Of a DNA stretch of 64,000 bases, positions 27,531 to 36,711 are shown piece after piece. The position numbers and the translations under genes are program-made. The number at the start of each line of letters is the position of its first letter. The first letter of the stretch is position 1. Location: NCBI GenBank assembly GCA_965140445.1, contig OZ223236.1:2400001-2464000 (forward strand). The letters are read 5' to 3'. Under the pieces are notes generated by a model. That model was not told where the DNA came from. It searched no databases and saw only the letters and a list, made by a program, of their open reading frames with translations. The stretch comes from Candidatus Ozemobacteraceae bacterium (GTDB lineage: Bacteria; Muiribacteriota; Ozemobacteria; Ozemobacterales; Ozemobacteraceae).

Positions 27531-28805
27531 ATGGCAAAAACTTATCAAGTGCAACCAGAGACCAAAAAAGTATTAATTCTAGCCTTGCAGGTTCAAGAGG
27601 ACTCAGGCGAAGAAGTTCTAAGCTCAATTGAAGAGCTTAAAGAGCTTTTAAAAACAGCCGGCTATAAAGATGTTGGAACAATGGTTCAAAAACGAACCAA
27701 AGAATCCAGGGCTTTTTATTTTGGCACCGGAAAAGTCGAAGAAGCCAGGCTGCTTGCTGAGGAACTCGAAGTTGACCTTATTGCAGTCGATGATGAATTG
27801 ACTCCTATACAAAAGAAGTGTCTGGAGAGGGACACTGGTTTTTCTGTTGTGGATAGAACTTCTATCATACTTGAAATCTTTGCAAAACACGCTTCTACAA
27901 GGGAAGGTAAATTACAGGTAGAATTGGCAAGAACTCAGTATAACCTTATTCATCTTGCTGGAAACTATTCTGGAATGTCCAGGCAGGGTGGGGGAATTGG
28001 TGCAAAAGGCACTGGAGAAACCCAGATAGAAAGTGATCGTCGGGCCATAAAATTGAAGCTTAAAAAGCTTCGTGAAGAACTCGAAAAAGTGGTTCAGGAT
28101 AGAGAAACACAAGGCAAAAAAAGGAATGAAAGATATATCCCTCTATTTTCACTGGTTGGATACACAAATGCCGGAAAATCAACACTTTTAAATAGAATTG
28201 CCGGAAGCAAGGTAGATATTTGTGACGGAGTGTTTACAACTCTTGATCCAACAGCCAGAAAAGTTGAATTAAAGAGTGGCAGGTGGTGTGTTTTTTCAGA
28301 CACTGTAGGCTTCATTCGAAAGTTGCCACACGGCTTGGTTAAGGCATTTAGAGCCACTCTAGAGAGTGTTGTTCAATCTGAAGTTCTCCTGATTGTCTGC
28401 GATGTTTCTGACAAAGAATTCAAATCAAAACTCGCTTCTGTTGAAGAGGTTCTTGGCAAAATTGGTGCAAAAGATCACGAAAGAATTTATGTTTTTAATA
28501 AGATTGATAAGGGGTTGTGTTTGCCTGAAGTTGAACTGCAGACCCTTTATCCTAATTCGATCTTTATATCTGCTGCTAAAGGAGATTATATTGATGATTT
28601 TTTACAGAAAATCGACTCAGTTATTGCTCGCAGGTATAGAAAATTGCAAATTGAGATTCCTAGTAACTCTCAGTTGGTAAAAGAGGTTATGGGCATTGGC
28701 ATCGTTTTATCACAGGAGTGGGGACACGGAAAAGTTAAAATTGTTGCAGAGGTTCCTGAAAAACTTGTAGCCAGGCTAAAGGATTACATTATTGATGAAG
28801 GTTGA
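27531..28805 (+). CDS. hflX: GTPase HflX
   Basis: FAKHASTREGKLQVELA, SRQGGG, GYTNAGKST, FTTLD, DTVGFI, NKID. Confidence 0.96.
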   Translation: MAKTYQVQPETKKVLILALQVQEDSGEEVLSSIEELKELLKTAGYKDVGTMVQKRTKESRAFYFGTGKVEEARLLAEELEVDLIAVDDELTPIQKKCLERDTGFSVVDRTSIILEIFAKHASTREGKLQVELARTQYNLIHLAGNYSGMSRQGGGIGAKGTGETQIESDRRAIKLKLKKLREELEKVVQDRETQGKKRNERYIPLFSLVGYTNAGKSTLLNRIAGSKVDICDGVFTTLDPTARKVELKSGRWCVFSDTVGFIRKLPHGLVKAFRATLESVVQSEVLLIVCDVSDKEFKSKLASVEEVLGKIGAKDHERIYVFNKIDKGLCLPEVELQTLYPNSIFISAAKGDYIDDFLQKIDSVIARRYRKLQIEIPSNSQLVKEVMGIGIVLSQEWGHGKVKIVAEVPEKLVARLKDYIIDEG

Positions 28806-29490
28806 TCGAAAAGCTGTTTTCTTTCTAATTGCGTTTGTTTTCTTTTCTTATGTTGGGGAATTGTTCGCAGAAGATTGGAAAGCTTTTAGAATAAATGCTC
28901 AGTATAGGGGAGCTGTAAAAAAGAGTTTTTCAAATATTGGGTGTGCGCTCGCATGGTTCTGTGACCTTGCTGACGGTAATACTCAGATTATCACCCATGT
29001 TTGCGCAAAAGATCCTGACAAGAGAGGGAAATTTTACGCCTTTAAGCTAAATCTGGTTGTTAACTGCACTAAAGATCAGGTCAGGATTGTAAATAGAATT
29101 TACTCAAATTTTGAGGGCGTAAATCCAAGATTTCACGATGAAATAGAGCAGTTGATGGCTATCTGGTGTTCAATAAGAAAATTTTCTTCAGGTTATCAAG
29201 ATAATAGCCGTGAATTATTTTCCGAGCAAACTAAAGCAATTCTTGTGGATAAGATCCACCGGAATAAAAGAAAAGAGGTTAACCTACGATGGGAAAAAAA
29301 TCGCGGGGTTAGCGGAAAGTTCTTTTACACCTATAAGCCCTTTCCAATGCTGGAAAAATTTAGAATCAGAAACAGAAAAATCTCAATTTCTTTTGTAACC
29401 TCTTCAATGAAAGAGGTGGTTGAGAAGTTTTCTACTCAACCACCATTTAGAGAATTTGTATTTGAAAAAAATATTACCCCAAATCCTTAG
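28792..29490 (+). CDS. Hypothetical exported protein
   Basis: Signal-peptide-like N-terminus; overlaps the hflX stop. Confidence 0.6.
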   Translation: MMKVDRKAVFFLIAFVFFSYVGELFAEDWKAFRINAQYRGAVKKSFSNIGCALAWFCDLADGNTQIITHVCAKDPDKRGKFYAFKLNLVVNCTKDQVRIVNRIYSNFEGVNPRFHDEIEQLMAIWCSIRKFSSGYQDNSRELFSEQTKAILVDKIHRNKRKEVNLRWEKNRGVSGKFFYTYKPFPMLEKFRIRNRKISISFVTSSMKEVVEKFSTQPPFREFVFEKNITPNP

Positions 29491-29502
29491 GGCTGTTTTT
29501 TT

Positions 29503-30432
29503 CTAAAATCTTAAATTATCTTCGCGTGTCCATCCTGTCTTTTTGCCATTGTTGAAGATTATTTCAAACCATTGCCATTTTTCTTTTTGTTCAACTGACT
29601 TTATTTGCACAATCACGCCTTTGGGTAACTGACCAACTTTTGCCGATTTTACATTTGGCTGGCTTCTTATATTTGCTACAGGATCAGCGATAATTTTTCC
29701 CTGTTCAGGGAGTTTGTCGCCTTTTTTATAGCCTTTAACTGTATTTACTACAGGTGCTGGTTTTGCAATTGCCACGGCTACTTTGTTTTCTTTCAATAGT
29801 TGTTTAACTGAAGCCGACTGAACCTTTTTGTTGCTCAAATCTTCAATGTCAGCGGTTTTCTTTACCAAAGATAAAAGCACGTTTGCAGGCCCAACTACTA
29901 ATAAGTCATCCCTTACCCAACCAATTTTCCTGTTAAAATCCCACTTAATTTTAGTCCATCCGTTTTTTTGCTCAAGGACAGTTCCTCTGGTGCCTTTCGC
30001 GACTTTAAACAGACGTTTGGAGCTGGTTGTAAATTCCTTTCTAACATTGATTCCATTGCCTTTGGCATATGCATACCATTTTGGTCCGGCTGGATCAAAC
30101 TTTTGTCTTGCTGGTTCGGAATCATTTTTTGTGGCTATCTTCAGGCTATCTACTGGTTCAGTTGATGAATTCACAGATGTTGTGGCAACTGGGATAGGAG
30201 AAATGGCTGGTTTAATATCTTTATTTAATGAGGAGATATCAGTTGCATCAGATGCCGAATATAAAATTTTTACTCCTGTCTGAGTAGGATTTGAAGCGGA
30301 ACTCGTTGTTGCAGAACCCTGTGGAAGACTATCTGCCTCCATAAGCTTGAACATCTGCTTTCCCATGAAGACTCCCAGCGCAACTACTGAGAGCATGATA
30401 ACGATGACTGAAATAATTTTGACCTTTTTCAA
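29503..30432 (-). CDS. Membrane-anchored protein with two bacterial SH3 (SH3b) domains
   Basis: INVRKEFTT...GWTKI...IGWV and ANIRSQP...WFEI...TGWT. Confidence 0.82.
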   Translation of the reverse strand: MKKVKIISVIVIMLSVVALGVFMGKQMFKLMEADSLPQGSATTSSASNPTQTGVKILYSASDATDISSLNKDIKPAISPIPVATTSVNSSTEPVDSLKIATKNDSEPARQKFDPAGPKWYAYAKGNGINVRKEFTTSSKRLFKVAKGTRGTVLEQKNGWTKIKWDFNRKIGWVRDDLLVVGPANVLLSLVKKTADIEDLSNKKVQSASVKQLLKENKVAVAIAKPAPVVNTVKGYKKGDKLPEQGKIIADPVANIRSQPNVKSAKVGQLPKGVIVQIKSVEQKEKWQWFEIIFNNGKKTGWTREDNLRF

Positions 30433-30464
30433 CTATGCCCCCCAATTCAATTTTTAGTAAATGA

Positions 30465-30493
30465 AGTTTAGTACGACTGGTTTATCGTGTCAA
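30465..30493 (-). promoter_or_regulatory. Sigma70-like promoter for the SH3 gene
   Basis: TTGACA-N17-TAAACT. Confidence 0.5.
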
Positions 30494-30561
30494 CAGTTGA
30501 AAAATAGTTTTCTTCCGAAACTTCTATCAATGAAAAGTATTTTTCTGGTAAATTTAATCCT

Positions 30562-32034
30562 ATGAGCGATAAGAGCAATAGAAATCAAACAACCATATTT
30601 CTTGTCCTGCAAATCGGATTGTTTATTTTATGTGTTTCTTTTCTTATGTTGGCACAAAAATATGTTGAGCCTCAGGCTTCTATGGATTCAGCTTATTACC
30701 ATATTTTGACTGATCAGCTGGAAAAAGGAAATGGTTTTGTTGAGCCTTTTGTATGGCATCATTTAAACAAATATGATTCCGTTTCTCATCCTGTTGATTA
30801 CTGGATGCCGTTAGGTATTCTTGCTTACTTTATTGCACGCGTCGTTGGAGGCGTTCCAGCCGAAATCGGTTTAAATATTTTTCTTTGGGCACTTTTGTCT
30901 GTTCTGGTTTTTAGGCAGGTAAACAAACTCACCAACAACTTGTTTGCCAGTATTGTTGCCTTTTTTGTTTTTGCATTTGCTGGAAAATTTCTTTTTTATC
31001 TTTTAACAACAGATAATATTGTTTTCTATGCTTTTCTTGGATTTGCATTGATTAGTGCTTTATCAAGGAATGATGATAACCCTTTGTCCACAGGTATTCT
31101 CGCAGGCATGATAACTCTTACGAGAATAGAAGGGATTATTTTTGCCTTTTTTGCTTTTCTTATTGAAGTTTCAAAGACCAAAAAAGCTAAAACAGGTTTG
31201 CTATTTGTAATTGCCTTTGCATTGGTAATCTTGCCATGGGCCGTCAGAAATAAAATTACTCTTGACAGGTGGTGGCCGTCAAACACTAAAGCCCTCTTTC
31301 TAAGGGATTACTCGGAGCTTTTTAGCGAAGAATACCCCGGAACAATTCAGCATTTTCTTGGCTTGGGTGGCAAGGAAATTTTGAAACAAAAGTTTCAAGG
31401 GCTTTGGAACAGTTTGTTGAATTTCGTTGCAGTTCCGGCATTTTTTATATTCTATCCACTTTGGATTCTTGGATTAATACGTATTTGGAAGGGGGCCGGC
31501 AAAGTTTTCAGCTTTTTCATAACCCTCTTCTGGTTGCTGTGCGGGATTCTTTTTACCCACCAGGGAATAAAAGGAACCAGTATGCATATAAGCGCGTTCT
31601 TTTTGCCACACATGGCAATTATTACCGGTGTAGGATTTGATTTTCTGATAAAAGAGAAAAAATTAGGTAAAAAGCTGACTTATTCATTAGGAATTTTGAT
31701 TGTTTTGTGGGCATTGGGCTTCAGCATTGTAAGTGTAAACAAGCTTGGGAAAAGGTATGAAGGCGATAATGGTCCATATAAAAAACTGTTCTCAAAATGT
31801 ACTTTGCCAGAAGATGCTAAAATTGTTTCTGTTTACCCAATTTATGTTTACTATTTGTCTGGGATTCAGGGGGTTATTTCAGTTTTGCCAAAAGGCCCTG
31901 AAAGTCTGGCTAGAAAATTCTCTTGCAACTATATTCTTACAGATAAAAGGGTGAAAATAGAAAAGCTGCCCGATGAAGGCAGCTGGACTGAGATTGCAAG
32001 CAATACCGAACTAACTCTTTATAAAAAAAAGTAG
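30562..32034 (+). CDS. GT-C fold (ArnT/PMT-like) glycosyltransferase
   Basis: Polytopic; first-loop MDSAYY, YWMPL, LTRIEG, PWAVRN. Confidence 0.78.
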   Translation: MSDKSNRNQTTIFLVLQIGLFILCVSFLMLAQKYVEPQASMDSAYYHILTDQLEKGNGFVEPFVWHHLNKYDSVSHPVDYWMPLGILAYFIARVVGGVPAEIGLNIFLWALLSVLVFRQVNKLTNNLFASIVAFFVFAFAGKFLFYLLTTDNIVFYAFLGFALISALSRNDDNPLSTGILAGMITLTRIEGIIFAFFAFLIEVSKTKKAKTGLLFVIAFALVILPWAVRNKITLDRWWPSNTKALFLRDYSELFSEEYPGTIQHFLGLGGKEILKQKFQGLWNSLLNFVAVPAFFIFYPLWILGLIRIWKGAGKVFSFFITLFWLLCGILFTHQGIKGTSMHISAFFLPHMAIITGVGFDFLIKEKKLGKKLTYSLGILIVLWALGFSIVSVNKLGKRYEGDNGPYKKLFSKCTLPEDAKIVSVYPIYVYYLSGIQGVISVLPKGPESLARKFSCNYILTDKRVKIEKLPDEGSWTEIASNTELTLYKKK

Positions 32035-32049
32035 TTTCAGCTTAGATTT

Positions 32050-32232
32050 TTATGGAGCAGTTTTAATTGAAGATTCGGCTGTGCTTAAATTTGTGCTGAT
32101 GTTGGTAAACAACCCCTGATTTACAGTGGCACCCATATTAGTTAGGGCAATTACTGATACAAGGGCAAGTAATGCAACCAAAAGAACATACTCTACAAGA
32201 CCCTGACCGGACCTTTTCCTAGATTTTTTCAT
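32050..32232 (-). CDS. flp: Flp family (type IVc/Tad) pilin 1
   Basis: Start at ATG 32232 (GAGG RBS): MKKSRKRSG|QGLVEYVLLVALLAL. Confidence 0.9.
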   Translation of the reverse strand: MKKSRKRSGQGLVEYVLLVALLALVSVIALTNMGATVNQGLFTNISTNLSTAESSIKTAP

Positions 32233-32266
32233 TTTACATCCTCGCATGGAAGTTACTTATAATTTA

Positions 32267-32282
32267 AGCAAGACTTATACCA
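32267..32282 (-). promoter_or_regulatory. Sigma54 -24/-12 promoter of flp1
   Basis: TGGTATAAGTCTTGCT = GG-N10-GC, about 36 nt upstream of the ATG. Confidence 0.7.
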
Positions 32283-32333
32283 AGTATCTATTTCCATGAC
32301 TTAGTTTATATAATTATCGCCAAAATTATAACG

Positions 32334-33254
32334 ATGAGCAAGCTCTTTTGTTTAGATTTGTCAGAAAATGGATATTTTTTTATAAAGAGGCTTATAATTA
32401 ATAATATGGAACTAAAATTTATTACAGAAATTTTGAGAAATTTCTTACTTGAAAACGGCTCTTATTCATATTTGGCAAATGGAAAGAATGGCGCAGCTGA
32501 GGCAACTTGCTGGGTTACTCTTTTTAATAGCATTTCTGGTTTGTCAGGCGATATAACTGAAAAAAGTGTCGCCTGGCTAAAAGCCCTTCAGAGTGATGAT
32601 GGGTCTGTTAAAACATCTGAAATTAGTTCCAGAATGCCTGTTTGGGCAACTTCACAGTTTCTTTTCGTGATGCAATATCTTGGGGAGACTGAAGCTGCTG
32701 GAAAGGCAGCTGATTTTATAATTAATTTTAAACCCTTAACTTTTGAGCGATTTGAAGAAGTGGAACAAGATAATTCTATTCCAGGTATGTCATGGACAAA
32801 AAATGCTTTTAGTTGGGTTGAGCCAACTGCGTGGGCACTAATAGCTTTAAAGAAGGCGGGCTATAAAGACCACCCAAGAGTTGCTCAGTTAAATTCTCTT
32901 CTTGCCGACCGATTGATTCCTGAAAAGGGCTGGAATCTTGGAAATAGAATGGTTTTTAGTGCAGAGCTATTACCTTTTTTTGACACTACCGCTATATCAC
33001 TTATAGCAACCTTCACTGGAAAGATCGCAGATGAAAAGAAGTTGATTTATGATCTTATGGGCGAACAGGTTTTAAAAACTGAATCCATTTATGCTCTTGC
33101 CGTTGTTGCACTTTGTTTAAAGCAAGCAGGAATTGACTTTACTTTACAGAAAAATAAACTCATTAATTTAGTAAGGGCTACAAATATTAAATACCTAAAT
33201 TCGTTTCATTTGGGGTTAGCTGGGTTGGCGATCTCAGAAAAGGAAGTTTTCTAA
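32334..33254 (+). CDS. Prenyltransferase/squalene-cyclase-repeat (alpha/alpha barrel) protein
   Basis: WLKALQSDDGS (QxxDG repeat), ENGSY, SWVEPTAWALIAL, GWNLGN...DTTAISLIA. Start may be ATG 32406. Confidence 0.72.
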   Translation: MSKLFCLDLSENGYFFIKRLIINNMELKFITEILRNFLLENGSYSYLANGKNGAAEATCWVTLFNSISGLSGDITEKSVAWLKALQSDDGSVKTSEISSRMPVWATSQFLFVMQYLGETEAAGKAADFIINFKPLTFERFEEVEQDNSIPGMSWTKNAFSWVEPTAWALIALKKAGYKDHPRVAQLNSLLADRLIPEKGWNLGNRMVFSAELLPFFDTTAISLIATFTGKIADEKKLIYDLMGEQVLKTESIYALAVVALCLKQAGIDFTLQKNKLINLVRATNIKYLNSFHLGLAGLAISEKEVF

Positions 33255-34207
33255 TGGATAGAAGGAAATTTCTAAAACTTGGTGCGGCAGGGCTCGCTTC
33301 AATTGGGTTAGCCCATGTTATTGGTACCCAATTTTTGAAAGTCTGCCCGGTCAAAATTCTAGGGGTTCCAGATTACGATAGGGATTTTTCAAAAGATATC
33401 GAAAAAGCCTTTGTTGAAGATGGATTGGTTTTAAAAGACAAAAAGATCCTGCTTAAACCAAATTTTGTAGAGCTTCATGAGGGAAGACCAATTAATACTA
33501 ATCCCAAGCTGCTCAGGAATATAGTAGAGGCTTGTTTCCGGCAGGGAGCGTCAAAAATAACTATTGGAGAGGCTGCGGGACACAGGAGAGACTCGTATTT
33601 CTCTGTTTTACATCCTTCCATGATAGATGCAATGCCCGGAAATGTTGATCTGGTTGATCTGAACTTCAGCGATTTCTCAAAAGTTAAGAACCTGGGCTAT
33701 TTCACGGATTTCAAAGAGTTTTTTCTTCCTAATCCAATATTGGATGCGGATGTTGTAATTAATGTTCCCAAGATGAAAACTCACCATTGGGTAGGGGTTA
33801 CCTTATCTTTAAAGAATTTATTTGGAACTCTCCCAGGAACTTGTTATGGTTGGCCAAAAAATATTCTTCACATTAAAGGAATTAGAAAATCCATACTTGA
33901 TCTTTCCATGACTGTTCCGGTTCACTATTCAATCATTGATGGAATTGTTGGAATGGAAGGGGATGGCCCAATTATGGGGACGGCCAAAAAAGTCGGGGCA
34001 ATTATAATGAGCAGATTCCCTCTTGCCGCAGATGCCACTGCTGCTGAAATTATGGGCTTTGATCCTAATAGAGTGGAATACCTGGCCGGAGCTTCTATGG
34101 TACATCATGGGTTTACAGTCAAGGGTAGAGATTTTCAGTGGGAAAAGCCTGAAAGATTTGCTACAAAATTCCAGAGTTTGAAAAAGTTTGATTATATGAA
34201 AATTTAA
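33254..34207 (+). CDS. DUF362 family protein with a twin-arginine (Tat) signal
   Basis: MDRRKFLK; LLKPN, TNP, INVPKMKTH, VTLSLKNLFG, DGIVGMEGDGP; TAATG coupling to the upstream gene. Confidence 0.88.
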   Translation: MDRRKFLKLGAAGLASIGLAHVIGTQFLKVCPVKILGVPDYDRDFSKDIEKAFVEDGLVLKDKKILLKPNFVELHEGRPINTNPKLLRNIVEACFRQGASKITIGEAAGHRRDSYFSVLHPSMIDAMPGNVDLVDLNFSDFSKVKNLGYFTDFKEFFLPNPILDADVVINVPKMKTHHWVGVTLSLKNLFGTLPGTCYGWPKNILHIKGIRKSILDLSMTVPVHYSIIDGIVGMEGDGPIMGTAKKVGAIIMSRFPLAADATAAEIMGFDPNRVEYLAGASMVHHGFTVKGRDFQWEKPERFATKFQSLKKFDYMKI

Positions 34208-34265
34208 TTTTCTCGTAATTTAAGCTTCGTCTTGTGTACAAAGAAATAAAAAAAATGGTTTCCCT

Positions 34266-34306
34266 AAAACCAAAAAAGACGGGTTGCCCCGTCTTATTTG
34301 GTTTTT
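34266..34306. terminator. Bidirectional intrinsic terminator between DUF362 and flp2
   Basis: aaaaccaaaaaagacggg-ttgc-cccgtcttatttggtttt hairpin with A/T tails. Confidence 0.8.
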
Positions 34307-34311
34307 TAATC

Positions 34312-34497
34312 TTAGCTGCTTACTGTTGATTCGGCAGATGAGAGTTTACCACTGATTGTGTTGAAGATAGAGCTGATGCTTCCACCTGAAGCTGTGAGGG
34401 CAGCAATAGCTACAACAGCGATTAGACCAATGATAAGTGCATATTCTACAAGGCCCTGTCCTTCTTCTTCTCTTACGAAACGACGAATGAGTTCCAT
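34312..34497 (-). CDS. flp: Flp family (type IVc/Tad) pilin 2
   Basis: RFVREEEG|QGLVEYALIIGLIAVV; strong AGGAGG RBS. Confidence 0.95.
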   Translation of the reverse strand: MELIRRFVREEEGQGLVEYALIIGLIAVVAIAALTASGGSISSIFNTISGKLSSAESTVSS

Positions 34498-34542
34498 GTT
34501 AATCCTCCTGAGATTTTTTCGGCTTTAGCCAATATCTATTAT

Positions 34543-34558
34543 TGCAAATGCTATGCCA
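34543..34558 (-). promoter_or_regulatory. Sigma54 -24/-12 promoter of flp2
   Basis: TGGCATAGCATTTGCA, a near-consensus TGGCAC-N5-TTGCA. Confidence 0.85.
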
Positions 34559-34636
34559 AAATGCAACAGGTTTTAGAAAAAACAAGAAATCCTTTTGTAG
34601 AAGGAGCTACAGGGTAAATGACTGAAAGTGCGATGG

Positions 34637-34689
34637 GGTAAAATTTACCTGATTTAAGGTAAAATTTGCCGCGAAGAGGTAAAATAACC
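34637..34689. repeat. Three tandem quasi-palindromes (GGTAAAATTTACC, GGTAAAATTTGCC, GGTAAAATAACC), probable enhancer-binding-protein sites
   Basis: Start at 34637, 34658 and 34678 (21/20-bp spacing), about -105 to -157 from the predicted flp2 TSS. Confidence 0.7.
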
Positions 34690-34692
34690 TCA

Positions 34693-36675
34693 TCACTCAT
34701 AGGGAATTTCTATTCGATTTATGCCCCATGGATCAGTATTGTCTGGAAACGCTTGTCTTAGTCGATAATCATAAGTTTTTCCATTGATTTCTTTCATTAG
34801 TAGAACATCCATTGAAAGGCTGTCAGAGGTCTTTTCACAACCTATATAACTATTTTCTTCGGCGAACCCATAAACATTGTTGGGGCCAAAAACAGGTTTC
34901 GGGCTACTGTTGGCGAGATGCTCAATTGCTTTTTTACCAGTTCCAAAGACGCTTCTTTCTGCAAGTAAAATATTCTTTCTAAGAATAGGGCTGCTTTGAG
35001 TAATTTGAATGGCGTAAGGAGTGTCGAATGTGTTGTATTCAACTGTGGGATTCTGAGAGAGTAGAGATATACCAAGACCTGAAGGTGATACAAACAGGTT
35101 GTTGGAAAATTCAATTTGTCCTCCAGCTTCATCTGAAGTTAAAGCTGTGTCAATGAACTCAATGAAATTGCAGCCAGAAATTTTTAGACCATTGTTAGCC
35201 GAGGAGACTATTCCTTTGGTTGAATGTACAAGTGTACAAGATTCAATCGTTAGGGATGAATTTGTGCTTGCTTCGATTCCTGTGGTACAACGGGTGGCTG
35301 TCAGGCGTGAAAGTTTATTGTTGGCAGTTGAAACTATTTTTGCCGCAGTAGAGCAATCAATAATATTGATTTGATCAAAAACGCCGGCAGAGTTTTCCAT
35401 GGTTAAGCCAATGTCTGCATCTTTAATTGTTACATTTACCAGGCTGTTTGCTGGATTTTCAACGTTCTTGAAATGAATTCCCTTCCAGAGACCTTTTGAT
35501 TGCACTGTGTCATTTGAAGCAAAAACCACACCGATATCGTTCCCTGCAGAAGCTACAATTGCTCCGTTAACAATGATTTCTACTTTTGAAGTATCCCCAG
35601 TTGCAAGAGAGTCAAAACTTTCAATTAGAACTTCAACTCCTGAGTCTATATTAAGACGGCCTGTTGAAAGAATCGTTAAGTCCCCAGCAAGGACGTAGGG
35701 GCTGTTAGCTCTTGTCCAGGTGATAGTGTTTGAAATATTTCCAGGAACCAAAATTGAGGTTTGGTTATTGTAGCCGCTTTCATTACCGGCCTGGTCTATC
35801 GAAGTGACACGGTAATAATATTTTTTGCCAGGGGTAACCGAAACATCTACGTATCTTTCCTGCCCTTTTGCAATAAGTGTTTGACTTACTCTTGAAAATG
35901 TTCCATTAGAAATTTCTGCTCGATATACTCGATATCCTTTTAAGTCTAAATCACTACTTGGAGCCCAGAAAATTGTGGCCTGATTTTGCTGACCATTTAA
36001 AGAGGCTGCAACACCTGTTGGGGCTATTGGTGGGGTAGTGTCTTCTAAGCTTGAAACGGTTGAAAAGCTTCTTGTTACAGACGTTTCTGCATTTCTATTC
36101 TCTCGTGAGGCAATAATTTTGAAAAAGTATTGTTTTGCAGGTGAAAGCCCTGGAATTGTGAGTGAATGAGTTGTTGCATAGTTTCCGGTAGTTTCTCTAA
36201 CTGTTCTGCCCATGCTTGATGTTTCACCATATTCAATGTAACCATTTGTGTAATCCGTAGTTTTCCAGGAAACAACGGCGTGGGTTGCAGAGGTTTCGGT
36301 TACAGTTATTTCTTGATACTCAAAACTTTTGCTTTCAATGCTTTGGGCTGGGACTTCTGTTGTTTGGCCCGAGTAAATTGAAGCCTTGAATTGAGATGTT
36401 CTATAGCCAAACGCCTCAACTTGAAACATCTGATCACCAAAGCCAATTGCTTCTATGTGAAAATTTCCAGAAGGGTCGGTTAAAGCCCATCTGGTTCTAT
36501 CGTATTGCCATGTAACAAGGGCATCTTCTATTGGGTTGCCTTCGACTGTGGTAATTCTTCCATTTATTGAACCTTCTCTAGGTGTTACGCTGCTTCCCGA
36601 GCAACCGAAAAGAAAAGTTCCTGCAACAGACAGGATAAAGACTACCAACAAAGATTGTTTTAATCGGTTGAACAT
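34693..36675 (-). CDS. Surface lipoprotein: carboxypeptidase-regulatory-like + two FN3-like + right-handed beta-helix domains
   Basis: Lipobox LFGC; GSINGRIT; YIEYGET...HSLTIPGLSP; DTTPP...YYYRVTSIDQAGNES; WTRANSPYVL and Asn-rich beta-helix. Confidence 0.8.
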   Translation of the reverse strand: MFNRLKQSLLVVFILSVAGTFLFGCSGSSVTPREGSINGRITTVEGNPIEDALVTWQYDRTRWALTDPSGNFHIEAIGFGDQMFQVEAFGYRTSQFKASIYSGQTTEVPAQSIESKSFEYQEITVTETSATHAVVSWKTTDYTNGYIEYGETSSMGRTVRETTGNYATTHSLTIPGLSPAKQYFFKIIASRENRNAETSVTRSFSTVSSLEDTTPPIAPTGVAASLNGQQNQATIFWAPSSDLDLKGYRVYRAEISNGTFSRVSQTLIAKGQERYVDVSVTPGKKYYYRVTSIDQAGNESGYNNQTSILVPGNISNTITWTRANSPYVLAGDLTILSTGRLNIDSGVEVLIESFDSLATGDTSKVEIIVNGAIVASAGNDIGVVFASNDTVQSKGLWKGIHFKNVENPANSLVNVTIKDADIGLTMENSAGVFDQINIIDCSTAAKIVSTANNKLSRLTATRCTTGIEASTNSSLTIESCTLVHSTKGIVSSANNGLKISGCNFIEFIDTALTSDEAGGQIEFSNNLFVSPSGLGISLLSQNPTVEYNTFDTPYAIQITQSSPILRKNILLAERSVFGTGKKAIEHLANSSPKPVFGPNNVYGFAEENSYIGCEKTSDSLSMDVLLMKEINGKTYDYRLRQAFPDNTDPWGINRIEIPYE

Positions 36676-36711
36676 ATGATTAGGTTCTCCAGTGATCTCA
36701 TTTACTTGGCA

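Noticed and set aside
34637..34689. Short regularly spaced repeats as a mini-CRISPR
   Set aside because: Units are 12-13 bp with 7-8 bp gaps and no cas genes; the position fits enhancer sites.
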